Assembly (NCBI GenBank): GCA_002269645.1
Contig: NIVC01003397.1
Location: forward strand, 1-64,000
DNA from: Macrostomum lignano
Lineage: Eukaryota
Length of the DNA: 64,000 bases
Reading direction: 5' to 3'
This document shows, piece by piece, positions 32,694 through 43,993 of the stretch. How positions within the stretch are numbered: the stretch's first letter is position 1; each line of letters opens with the position of its first letter. Below the pieces are notes generated by a model, which saw only the letters and a program-made list of their open reading frames with translations, was not told the origin of the DNA and searched no databases. The translations under genes and the position numbers were made by a program.

Positions 32694-35600
32694 ATGCCGC
32701 TACCTCCTCGTGGTGAGAGTGGAGAGCCGCGCTTAACTGCTGCGGCGGCCAAATGCGGCAGGACCAAGCGAGGGCAGCGGAGCGCGCGTCGGCGAGTTGA
32801 ACGCCGTCGCGAGCGAAACTGGCGAGGTCGGCAACGTGGCGCCGCCCGCCGAGCTGCTGCTGCGCTGGCCCAATTGGATCTTCCGGGTGGCGCCGGGGAC
32901 CATGAGGCTCACCAGCATCGAGCCCCAGCCGTACCAGAGGGCACGCTTCGGGTCGGGACGCTGAACTGCCGCACTCTCAAGGCCACATGGCGGAGAGGGC
33001 TGCTGGCGAGGCTAGCGCTCGACCTCAGCTGTGATGTCATCGCACTACAGGAGGTGTCTATCAGAGCCGACCCCGGACTTCACTGTGAGGACCTGGCGCC
33101 GGTTGGACACTCTGGTACACCTCAGCGGATGAGCGAGGCCGTGGAGGAGTTGGAGCGCTGATCGGACCGAGGCTGCAGCAGAGCTGTCGCTGCATCTCCC
33201 TGTCTTCTCGGCTGCTTCGGGTCGACGTCCGGCTTCGCGGCCGGAACACCCGCCTGTTCTGCGCGTATGCGCCGCCTGCTACCCGCTCCGATGAGGCTCA
33301 GGCCTTCTTCGAGCAACTCTCGGTGCGGGTGGAGGAGATGGCGCAACGTGACACAGTGGTCATTTTCGGAGACCTGAACGCAGTTCTGCGTAGGTCCGAG
33401 CGATCGCTGTTTGTGACAGCGCGCGAGAACGGCAACACCGGAGCGCTAGAGGACTTTCTGGAGAGACAGGACATGGTGTCGGCCAACACCAGATTCCGCA
33501 AGTCACCGGGCAGGCTCGCGACCTTCGTGGGCTGCAAGCGGAGGCGGCGGAACGCGCGCGGCCGGAACGCTACGCGGAGGCTGGCACAGCTCGACCACGT
33601 GCTTGTGCGCTTTCGTGAGCGCCGCCGCGTCACCAACTGCCACAACTGGCTCACTCCCGACCATCGGCTGCTCATCTGCGACCTTCGGCTTCGGGACCCG
33701 CTCTACCGTCCGCCAAAGCGGCCACCGCGGCGCTACTACCGCGCGCTCAGGGACGCCGAGACGCGACGTCGCTTGCCGGTGCCTTTGTCACTGCGCTGGG
33801 CGACAAGCGTGGAGGAGCCGAGTACGCGGAGGTGAGCGCTGCAGTTCGAGCCGCTGCGGAGCAAGCAGTCCCGCTGATGCGACCGGCCCAGCGCGGGCAG
33901 CCGGTCTGGCAGGACGACCCCGCGATCGACGAAGCGAGGGAAGATCTGGAGAGGCTCCGACTGAGTGGGCGGCCAACTCGCGAGGCGGAGGAGGCTCTGG
34001 CGGCTGTCTACCTGCAGCGGCAGCAGTCCGCTGTCGATGACGCCATCCAAGCCGTCTCTGCCGCAGGGCCCGATGCCAGAGGGCGCGTGGCCTGGTCCGC
34101 CATCAACACTCTGACGGGGCGAAAGCGGCGCATCGCGCTCAACCTGGCAGGCGACACTCCGGATGAGCGCAGGAACGAGCTGCGCGAGTTCTTCGCCGCC
34201 ATTGTCAACGCGCCGCCCCCTCCGCTTCCAGAAAATCTGAGGCTGCCGCCGGAGACGCCGTTGCCGGCGGAGGAGAGCTTCAATGTTGCCCCAGTCAGCA
34301 CAGCCGACGTTGTGAAGTTCGCTCGGCAGTCGCCGGGCGGCAAAGCGCTTGGTCCGGACGAGGTGCCCTCCGAGGCGCTGCGGATCCACTGCGTGGCCAC
34401 TGAGGTCGCCAGAGTGATGAACCGCGTTCTTTTCGGTGAGGTGGCGCCAAACGAATGGACCACGGCGCACATCGTCGCCATTCCAAAGAAGCCGGGCACC
34501 ACCAAGCTCGAGGAGCATCGAGGCATCTGCCTACAGTCCTGCGCCGCGAAGCTGTTCAACCGCATGCTGCTATCGCGGTTACAGCCTGTGCTGGACCCGT
34601 ACCTGCGACCTGAGCAGAACGGATTCCGGCCCCATCGCGGCACAGTGACGCAGATCCTGGCTCTTCGACGAGTCATCGAGGAGGCGCGCATCCGCCAGTT
34701 GACCCTGATCCTGATCTTCGTCGATTTCAGGAAGGCTTTCGACTCGGTCGTGAGGGACGCGCTCCCAGAGGTGCTCCGTGCGTACAACGTGCCAGAGCTG
34801 CTGATTTCTGCTGTCATGGCGCTGTACCACGGCACGACGGCTGCTGTCTCAACACCGGACGGCCTATCGGATTTCTTCGAGACATCCTCCGGGGTGCTCC
34901 GGGGAGATACGCTAGCGCCGTTCCTATTTATTCTGGTGCTTGACTGGGTGCTACGGACTGCTCTGCCTTCCTACGACGACGGCTTCCTGCTGCGGCGACG
35001 CGTGGGTCGACGCCAACCGGAGAGACGGCTCAGCGTGCTTGGCTACGCCGATGACCTCGCCCTGCTGTCCTCGACCGTCGAGGGCGCCCAACGACAGCTG
35101 GATAGGCTGGTTGCCGTTGCGGCGAGCGTCGGCCTGGTGGTCAACACGCAGAAGACCGTCGTGCTATGCGTGCCGGACGACACCGAGGCTGCAATCTTCT
35201 GCCGAGGCGCTGACGGACAGGCGAGTGAGCTTCCAAGATGTCAGCAGTTCGTCTACCTCGGCGGTCTGGTTCCCGACGTTCGCGAGGATCTGCGGCGTCG
35301 CCGAGGACTTGCCTGGGCTGCCTTTCGTTCTATAAGGTCAGTCCTGCAGTCCGAGGCCCTACCGGACCGCCAGAGGGCGGCGCTGTTCCAGGCGGTGATC
35401 GAGACCGTCCTGTTATACAACGCCGAGACCTGGACGCTGACAGACTCGCTCGAGGCTCAAGTCGACGCGGCGCACGCTGGCCTGCTGCGCGCCGCCTTCA
35501 AGATCGGCAACGAGCGAGTCACCAACACGGCGCTCTATCATCGCGCCGGCCTGGCCCGTCCTAGCGATCTGCTGCGCCGTCGGCGACTCCAGCTGGCAGG

Positions 35601-35796
35601 CCACGTCATCCGCGCCGAGGCCTACTGTCCGGAGCCGGTGCAGGAGGTGCTGCTACTTACGTTGCAGGCACCCTACCGGCGGGGACAGGCGAAGACTCGG
35701 CGCTACGTCGACTGTCTGCTGGCTGACGCCGGTGCCCCGGACTCTGCCGGCGGTGCGGCTTTTGTTCGCGCCCAAGCTTTGAAGCGCGCCATCTGA
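32694..35796 (+). CDS. APE endonuclease-reverse transcriptase ORF (two 1-nt deletions at ~33095 and ~33773)
   Basis: VGTLNCRTL, IALQEV, IFGDLNA, LDHVLV, DHRLL; KALGPD, QNGFR, FVDFRKAFDSV, GVLRGDTLAP, YADD. Confidence 0.88.
32695..32760 (+). ncRNA. HDV-like self-cleaving ribozyme core
   Basis: P2 TGCCGC/GCGGCA, P3 ACC/GGT with L3 TCCTCGT, P1 3' strand GAGAGT then GG (P1.1), P4 GCCGC/GCGGC, J4/2 CAAAT. The P1 5' strand was not found. Confidence 0.65.
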
Positions 35797-35843
35797 CGCT
35801 GCTTTTGTGAACTGGCAGCGTACTCTGTTGTTCTCTGTTGTTG

Positions 35844-36185
35844 TTATTGCAAAGCTGCTATGAGATTATTACTATGAGAATATTGCAAAGCTGCTATGAG
35901 ATTACTGCTATGAGATTATTGCAAAGCTGCTATGAGATTATTGCTATAAGATTATACAGGAGCTGCTATGAGATTATTTCTATGCTGCTATGCGATTATT
36001 GCTATGAGATTATTGCTATGCTGCTATAAGATTATTGCTATGAGATTATTTCTATGCTGCTATGAGATTATTGCTATGAGATTATTGCTATGCTGCTATG
36101 AGATTAATGCTATGAGATTATTGCTAAGCTGCTATGAGATTATTGCTATGAGATTATTGCAAAGCTACTTTGAGATTATTTTTAT
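35844..36185. repeat. Satellite, right part
   Basis: Same unit as 32050-32547. Confidence 0.9.
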
Positions 36186-36594
36186 TAATTAATTTTTACA
36201 ATGCTTTTCAAGACGAAAGAGCTGCTTGACCTTTGCAAAAAAGCATGTTTTTCGAATATTTAATGCCTTTAGCATCGAGCAATTTCTCAGCCAAGATGCA
36301 TGTACCGAGATGCGAAAATTTCTGATCGAACGGTGCAAATTTGAAGAAAATCGGACAACGCATTCGCCTAAACGACGAGAAGACAGCTATTTTACATGAC
36401 ACCACATTGACATGTATATATACATATAGTTTTCATTTTTAGTATATCTGATGATTTTTAGTATATCTGAAGTCTTGAAGGAGAAAGTTTCGATTGAGTC
36501 CAGTTCACGGAGAGGATTTCGATGGTTTTCAGCTGCACGGAGAAGATATCTGTTTCGCGGAGAGAATTTTTATGGATTTGGTATCTTCAGTCAG

Positions 36595-37550
36595 TCAGAG
36601 AAGAGAGAAGAGATGATTAGAAAAGAGAGTAGAAGTGAGAGAGGAGAGATTAGACATGACAGATGGGAGAGAAGAGGGGAGTAAGGCGGGAACGAAGAGG
36701 GAGAGAGAAGAGGAGAGAGGAGATGAGGGGAGAGGATATGAGAGAGGAGATATGAGATTGCAGAGAGGAGACAGGAGAGAGAAGAAAGGAGGGATAAGAG
36801 CGTACAGAGGCAATAGACGAGAGGAAAGAGAGGAGAGAGGTGAGAGGAGAGAGGAGAGAGATGAAAGATCAGAGATTCAGAGATTTGAGAGAAGAAAGTA
36901 GTGAAGAGAAAGAAGAGGGTAAAGATGAGAGTGCAGAGAGGAGAGAAACGAGAGGAGACAGGAGGTGGTAGAAAGGAGTATAAAAAACAGGAGATAAGAA
37001 AGGAGAGGGTGAGAGCATATAAGAAAGATGAAAATGAGAGCAGAGGAGAGAGAAAAGAGAGAGGGTAGAGGAGAGACAATAATATGTGTGTAGAGAAGAG
37101 ATATGAGAGAGGAGAGAAGAGGGGAGAGAGGAGACAGGAGAGAGTAAATTTGAAAGACCTGGGAGAAGAGATAAATAAGATAGTACAGATGAGAGGAGAG
37201 AGAAGAGAGATGAAGATCAGACATGAGAGAAATGAAAGAGTAGAAAGGAGTAATTATTGAGGAGAAAGAAGAGGGTAAAGATGAGAGTGCAGAGGGGAAA
37301 GATGAGAGATGCAATTAGAAAAGAGATGAGTGAGGAAATAAGAGAGAGATTTGAGAGGAGAGGGAGATGAGAGGAGAAAGGAAAGGAGAGAAGAGAGAAT
37401 GGAAAGGAGAGAAAAGAGAGGAGACAGGAGACGGTAGAAAGGAGGGCAGAAAGATGGGAGATAGGAAAGGAGAGGGTGATATGAGAGACATGAGATATGA
37501 GAGCAGAGACATGAGAGTCCGAGTCTGGACAATGCCAATGAGTTTTTGCT
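36595..37550. repeat. Purine-strand (GA-rich) low-complexity region with internal duplications
   Basis: Nearly all A/G on the + strand; gaagagggtaaagatgagagtgcagag occurs twice. Confidence 0.85.
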
Positions 37551-37982
37551 AACAGGGAAAACAAGATATCCGGTATTTGAAATGCATTGTAGAGGATTTG
37601 GAGATGATTTGGAAGATAGGATTCAAGTCATGGAATTTTAGCTGATGGGAGTTCTTCCCCTTTCTCCTCCAGAGGAGGAGTTCCACTCGTTGGCTTAATA
37701 AAACCACGCGTCCGACTCGACCACCTGGCGAGCCGCGCGCGGCCTGCACGAGAGCAATAATATTCAAATCAATGGGAAAAAATGAGCTATAACTATGCAT
37801 TGAGTAAATGTTAAAACAGTTAATTATTCATTTATATTTTTACGAACAAAGCTATGTTCTTCCGTCTGGTAAATTGCTCAAGTATATATTTATTAAAATT
37901 TAGTATTACGCATATGCACTTCATGGTCGTCTCGAAGGAAAATAATCCATAAAACTCAAATTGCCCTACTCAACGAGCAAAC

Positions 37983-38709
37983 TGTCACGTTTTGAGTCGT
38001 AGTCCCCAAAGAAGGATGAGTTGAACGATTGGCGGTGTAGCAGATTGTGTAGCGGTAGCACTTATTAATAGACCGTTGGTTAAATTCGTTGTGGTCTTGG
38101 CTTTTATATTTGTCTTTTAAAATATTAATAGCAGTACAGAGACGATAACAATACGGGCACTGGCGGCTGCAACAGCGAGTTTATGCTAAGATGAGTAGAC
38201 GACGGAGTATGGCGATGAGGCAGAGACAGTGAGTAGCAGTCGTGAGTAGCCAGAATGGCGGAGAGTTGGCGCTAGCCGTGGTAGAAGTACAACGGGCGAG
38301 AGAGGCGTAAAACAAGTCTGGCTGGCTAGTGGAGCCGTGGCGAGAGATAAGGCAGGCGCGGAAAGGCACGAGAGGAAGGAAAGGAAAGGAAAGGAAGGAA
38401 TGGAAAGTGAAAAACCCAGCCCGCCGCCAAGCGGGGGTTAATAAAGGAGCGCGCGAGGGCTAGCCTTAAACATGAGCGGGGTTTTCATTGGCTGGCGGGA
38501 GAACTTGAAATTATCGATCGTGCAAGTTTTCTACGGTCGCATGCAACGATTGCAAAGTACGCAGTGATTTAGCAATTGATACAGATTCGTAGGGCGCTAC
38601 TACAAGTAAACGTTAAAATAAACGATTGGAAAAGTTTAGTTGAGAAATTGTAGAGAAACTGCAGTCCAACGGCCCTTTTGCGGGACCGCCTTAAACTGAC
38701 AACGTCACA
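37983..38709 (-). mobile_element. Solo LTR, second copy
   Basis: TGTCACG...CGTCACA, 4-bp TSD AAAC. Confidence 0.8.
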
Positions 38710-39268
38710 AAACTAATTGAGCCAAAGCACAATTTTTATGTGTAAAAAGCAAATTGCACCCATATGGTGGATCAAAAGTGCTGTATGATTGCGTTGTTTT
38801 TGTTTATTGCAAGAGTCACTTTTTCAGTGTAAATTATTTATTTATATTTATTCAGTGTTCATTTCTAATCATATCGAATTGATTATCGTAGGAAATTTTG
38901 CTTAATTGATTAAAACTTTTAATTGGTTAACGACGCGGCACCCCGCGGTTCTCCCGAGTTCGGGCCGACGTCGGCTGGCCGACTTTAGCATGGCCGATCG
39001 GATGCCGAGTGGCCGACGTCGGCCCGAGCTAGGACCGAGCTCGGCTTTGCCACTGGGAGGTCGTAAACTACTTTTATATTTAGCACACTAAATACCTGAA
39101 AGTTTCGTCATCTTAGTCATTTTTACGAGACTTCTGGCGCTTTCGGTTCGAAACACTGAGCCTACCTAATCCTATAATTTTAAGTTTGTTATAATACTAC
39201 GAAGCGAAACTTCTAAACTTTTTTCATTCCAAGAAACAAGTTGCTCAGCGTGCAGCTCAATGTGAAAC

Positions 39269-39966
39269 CAAGGACGACTTAAGTAGAAGGACGGGAAACC
39301 TCGTTTCTTAGAAAATTTTTGAAGGCACTTTTTCCCGAAAAAATACACTGCGGAGATAGGAAGTTTTCATTTTTTCAGCACAAAAATTGCTATAACTTTT
39401 GATAGGAGGCAGATCCAGTGTTGATCTTTTGATATGTTGTGCCTTTTTTATTGCTCTATCGATATTTATAAAGCTTTCCGTTCAGAAAATTAGGATTCTA
39501 TGTTAATTTTTTATTCTACGTATATTTTCATGTGTCTTGTGCTTGAAATACATTAGAATGCCACGGCTTGGCTCTTTGATTTTATGAGTCTATTTTATCC
39601 TTCTTACCTGACTGTATAGCAAATAGTCGTAACACAGATGATAAAATAGATTCATAAAACCAAATATTGGAGCTGTGTCATGCATTATTGTGATTTTCAG
39701 GTACAGGAAATATACGTAGAATAAAAAATTAACATAGAAATCTAATTTTCTGAACGGAAAGCTTTATAAATATCGATAGAGCAATAAAAAAGGCACAACA
39801 TATCAAAAGATGAACACTGGATCTGCCTCCTATCAAAAGTAATAGCAATTTTTGTGCTGAAAAAATGAAAATTTCCTATCTCCGCAGTGTATTTTTTCGG
39901 AAAAAAGTGCCTTCAAAAATTTTCTAAGAAACGAGGTTTCCCGTCCTTCTACTTAAGTCGTCCTTG
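39269..39966. mobile_element. Foldback MITE with ~260-bp TIRs (P- or hAT-type)
   Basis: CAAGGACGACTTAAGTAG...CTACTTAAGTCGTCCTTG, 8-bp TSD TGTGAAAC. Confidence 0.88.
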
Positions 39967-41099
39967 TGTGAAACATGCAGCTACGTGTCCGTCGTTAGTG
40001 CTGAGACTGAGATAAAAATTATTTAAGGCATTTTTCATATGTTTACCTAAATATATATGAGTATATAAGATACTCAGCTACGATAGTTGCAGCTCTTTCA
40101 CTTTCAATTTCACTTTTTAGTCCAGTCAATGATCCAGTCATTTAATTTAATCTTTATATTGCATATATAAAAATTAATGCGCAATATATGAGCACTACTA
40201 CTAATGCGGAGATGAATTCTTTTAAATTCTTTTTCTATTATAGGAATATTTAATATTAATAATATCTTCTAGTAGTAGCTGTTTCGACAATGTTTAGCAA
40301 TTTTTATTTATATATTAATATTAAATATTTTGTAAATATTTTAGATTTTTTTCCAAACTGGGAAGTGAAATAAAAGCATGGTTTACTATAGGCTTTTAAG
40401 TTTCAAATTTTTCTCTAGCTATTAGCTAAAAAATTTTTTTAGACATTTATGTTATTAGTTCTTATGCTATTTGCCATTTTATAACCAATTGGCAATTGAC
40501 AATTTGTACATCTATAAAATTATAGTTAATAAGATTTAGTATAGTTGGATTTTTAGTATGGGGGATTAAATCATTAGTTACTATCTAAAACTGTAGTTAA
40601 AATGGTTCTTTAAAATATAGTTTGTATAAGCTAGAATCCATAATTTGGAATTTGAAAAAAATATGTTATAAAATCATAGCTTAAACACTAAAAAACATAA
40701 CTAAATAACTAAAACACCAAAAAATAAAAATAAAGTAAGCAAACCAGAAACTTTCTTTAAAGATGCAAAAACTGCAGCTAGTAAATAAATAATAAAAAAG
40801 AAAATAATCAATACTTAATATTGATAATCAATAACAAATAATCAAAATAATCAGTAGTAATCCAAAGCTCTAACAATCTCAAACACATCAGTACATCGTT
40901 ACATGCACCTGTACTGTACTAGCAACTGTACTGTACACTGCACTGTACCGTACCTTTACACTGATACACACAACTATCAAGATGCTTGGCAGCATCACTC
41001 CATTTATTGAGCTGGAAGACTCAAATGATCACATGCGTAGAACTCAGTCACAGTCTGTATCAAGACTCACGGTCTTCTCGGCCTGGATCTCCTGTGGTT

Positions 41100-42420
41100 T
41101 GGCCCGGACATGGTCTCCCTCAACCACGTGGAACAAACTCAAGAAGCTGCACTTGGGAAGCTACATGGCTTCAAGGCGTGCATCTTGCTGAAGGATGCGC
41201 GGCCAAGTTATTTTGAGGCGAGACCCGTGCCAATTTATCTAAAACCGTTGGTCATCACCATCACGAAGCCCATGAAGCTTATCAATAGCGGGGTTCTCAA
41301 ACAAGTCGCTTCAGGAGGCAGTCAATGGGCATCTCGATCGTGGTCATTAGGAAGTCGAACGGTGACAGCAGGATTCCTACTACAAGATCGGAGTGAATAC
41401 GAAGATCTGCGTCTGCGCCGATTCCTACCCGCTACCCAACATTGAGACGGCTTTTTACGAGCTTGTGGGGATGTCCCACTTCGGTATCGTCGACCTGGCA
41501 GACGCGTACCATCAGATCGAGCTGTACGAGGCATCCAGAGCCATCCTGACCATCAACATTCCAACTGGTCTGCTAAAATGTAGAATAATGTAGGCTGTCT
41601 GTCGTCCTACGGGTTGAAAAAACGGCGAGTGCATAATTTCAAGCAGCCATGGAGGTGAAAATTTGCGATTTGATGTCGAACCTAGTCATCTATCAAGACG
41701 ACGTTTGCGTCGATCACTGACCTAACTGGACGAGAACGAGTTACCATTCGAGCCCGAGACGAGACGAGAACGAGGCCGACCAGGACGGAAACTCCTGATC
41801 AAATAAATTCAAGGCGGTCGGAATGCTGATCAACGAGCGCAAGTGATCGTATTCAGAATAGCGATCATCTCATTCCTCGGCTATAAATTCTCGACTGACG
41901 GAGTTCAGCCAGACACCAAGTTCGTCGAGAAAGTGCAGCAGACCCAAGCTCCGACGAATCACAAGGACCTTGAGTCCTTTTTGGGGCTCACCAACTAATA
42001 CTACGCGCGATGCATCCAGTCCTATTCCAATCGGGTCGAGCTACTGACGGCCCTTAGGAGCAAGAAGGTGCCCTACACGTCGGGTGACGCACAACAAGCG
42101 GGTGACACACGACAAGAAAGCACCATCGGCGTATCCAGCTGTTCGCATTTTTTACTCATCAAAGAGGACGACGGTGAAAACAGATGACAGCGAAAAGGCG
42201 ATCTCGGCCATTATCACTCAAGAGACAAGCATCCAGTGGTCATCTGTTCGCTGTCATCTGTTTTCCCCTGTCGCGACTGCTTACGCAAAACTGCTCCAAC
42301 ATCGAGTGAGAGGCTCTTGCTATTTAATATATTGTGTGGGCAACCCAACGAGCTCAAAAATTCCTTCTGGGAGCCAAGTTTACTCTTAACTGCTGCCATC
42401 TCTCCGGCGTGCCGATGTGA
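41100..42420 (+). pseudogene. Heavily degenerate Gypsy RT/RNase H remnant
   Basis: YFEARPVP, DSYPLPNIE, IVDLADAYHQIEL...LTINIPTGL; many stops and frameshifts. Confidence 0.75.
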
Positions 42421-43528
42421 GCTTGAAGCTTATTTCACTTGAATAAGATTTTGTTTTGGCACGGCGGTGCCTCTCACTTAGGCATTACAAAATAAATATA
42501 CGAGGCCTGATGTAATAAGTCGTATATCTCAGCCAAACCAATCTGTCTCTGATTTTTCTTACTATACGGCATGACAGGTAGACTGAGAGGAGCTTCGTAA
42601 AATCGGGATTCGCATCACTAAGAGAATCACACGAAAATCCTCTATAGTAAACACTCCTGATATCTGATAGTTAATTAGTGATTCGTAATTTGACTAAAAG
42701 AAAGCCACTGGTTTGTAGATTTTTAATCAGTAATCACTTTATAAAATTGGTCCCAGATGTTGCCGCTAAGAGGGTGGTCTAGGTAGATACGAATGGTGTC
42801 TCAGTGGTGAGGGGTCCTCCTGAATAGGTAGATAATCCTACTATATCCGCCTCTAGCTCTATACATGTTTGTTTTCTCTATATAGAAGATTTTCTCAGCT
42901 GCTTTATAAGTAAAGCGTCCTACTGTACCTCTGTTTAATCGTTTTTAACGCTAGAAAAAGGCTACATAAGCCTTTTATGCCATAAATTCATGATTTGATC
43001 ATACGAGATGTGAAGATGTGAAGAAACTTTATACAATGGTTTTCATACCACATGGATAGTGTATGTTTTACCCATGATTGGGGGGCTTATCGTTTTTAAT
43101 TTTTTTATAGCTCTAAATTGTACGTGTATACTACGAGTATACTAGGGTATACTAGAGTTTATCATCGTATATGCTACTTCGATAAATTAAGTTCTTCCGG
43201 TAATTAAAAATAAACTGCCATGTTGAATAAACGAAAAGGGACGAAATTTGTATATTGGCTTTTGGAGCAGAAAATTGCATTTTATAAATTTGTGAATTTC
43301 TTAATTTTGAAATTTTACGAGCTATAAATGAAATTAAATCAAAACTAAATGATATAGCTACCTGCCAGTCTTATAAAACTAAAGTGTGGGAACCCTAGAA
43401 TACGAGCGTAGCGTCTCTGTCTTTAATGCTGAAGCTTATGCAATAAAATAGTCAAAATCATAAAAATCTGTTCAAATCATAAAAAATTTACACCGACTTC
43501 ATTTTTCCCTCGCTTTTTTTATAGAAAT

Positions 43529-43993
43529 ATGATGCGAGAGTCCTCATCTTCAGAGGAAGACGAAAACTGGAAATATGCTCAAGGACCATCTATGAGTTTA
43601 ATTCAGCCCTCTCTCATCCAGCCAAAATTTGGTACCCCGGAAGATAACCGACCCTTAAGTCCGCAGCAGCAGCCCCTGCATCTAAAGCTAAAGGATTCGC
43701 CAGCATCTATTGCTGTTCGAAAAAACTCTAGTACATCAGCTCTTGCAGTGCCTTTTGGTGGATGTACGCCCGCGATTCGCCGAGCCTCTGGAGAGCCACG
43801 TTCGACAAGCCCCTCTCCCAGCATACTGTCTGTCTCGGATGGCCTTAGCGAAACTGACCAAGAGGCTGACAGGCGGGAAAGACTACTCCTTTACGTTCTT
43901 GTCATGCGCTGCATTGCCTACCCGTTCTGCGCCAAGCAGCCCACCGACCTTGCTCAGCGGCAACTTAAAGTTACACCGGCACAGCTGCTCCAG
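43529..43993 (+). CDS. CADPS: CAPS exon 1
   Basis: ATG 43529, donor CAG|GTTTGC. Confidence 0.85.

Larger units (their letters stand above)
32548..35843 (+). mobile_element. RTE-clade non-LTR retrotransposon, near full length
   Basis: APE endonuclease plus RT in one frameshifted ORF, short 3' UTR with (TGT)n tail, candidate TSD TTATTGCAAAGCT. Confidence 0.88.

Noticed and set aside
32050-36192. CRISPR-like appearance of regular repeats, and ORFs 35838-36192
   Set aside because: Tandem satellite without unique spacers, in a eukaryotic context; the ORFs are repeat translations.
36591-37564. Many Leu/Ser- or Arg/Glu-rich ORFs
   Set aside because: Artefacts of GA-rich low-complexity sequence.
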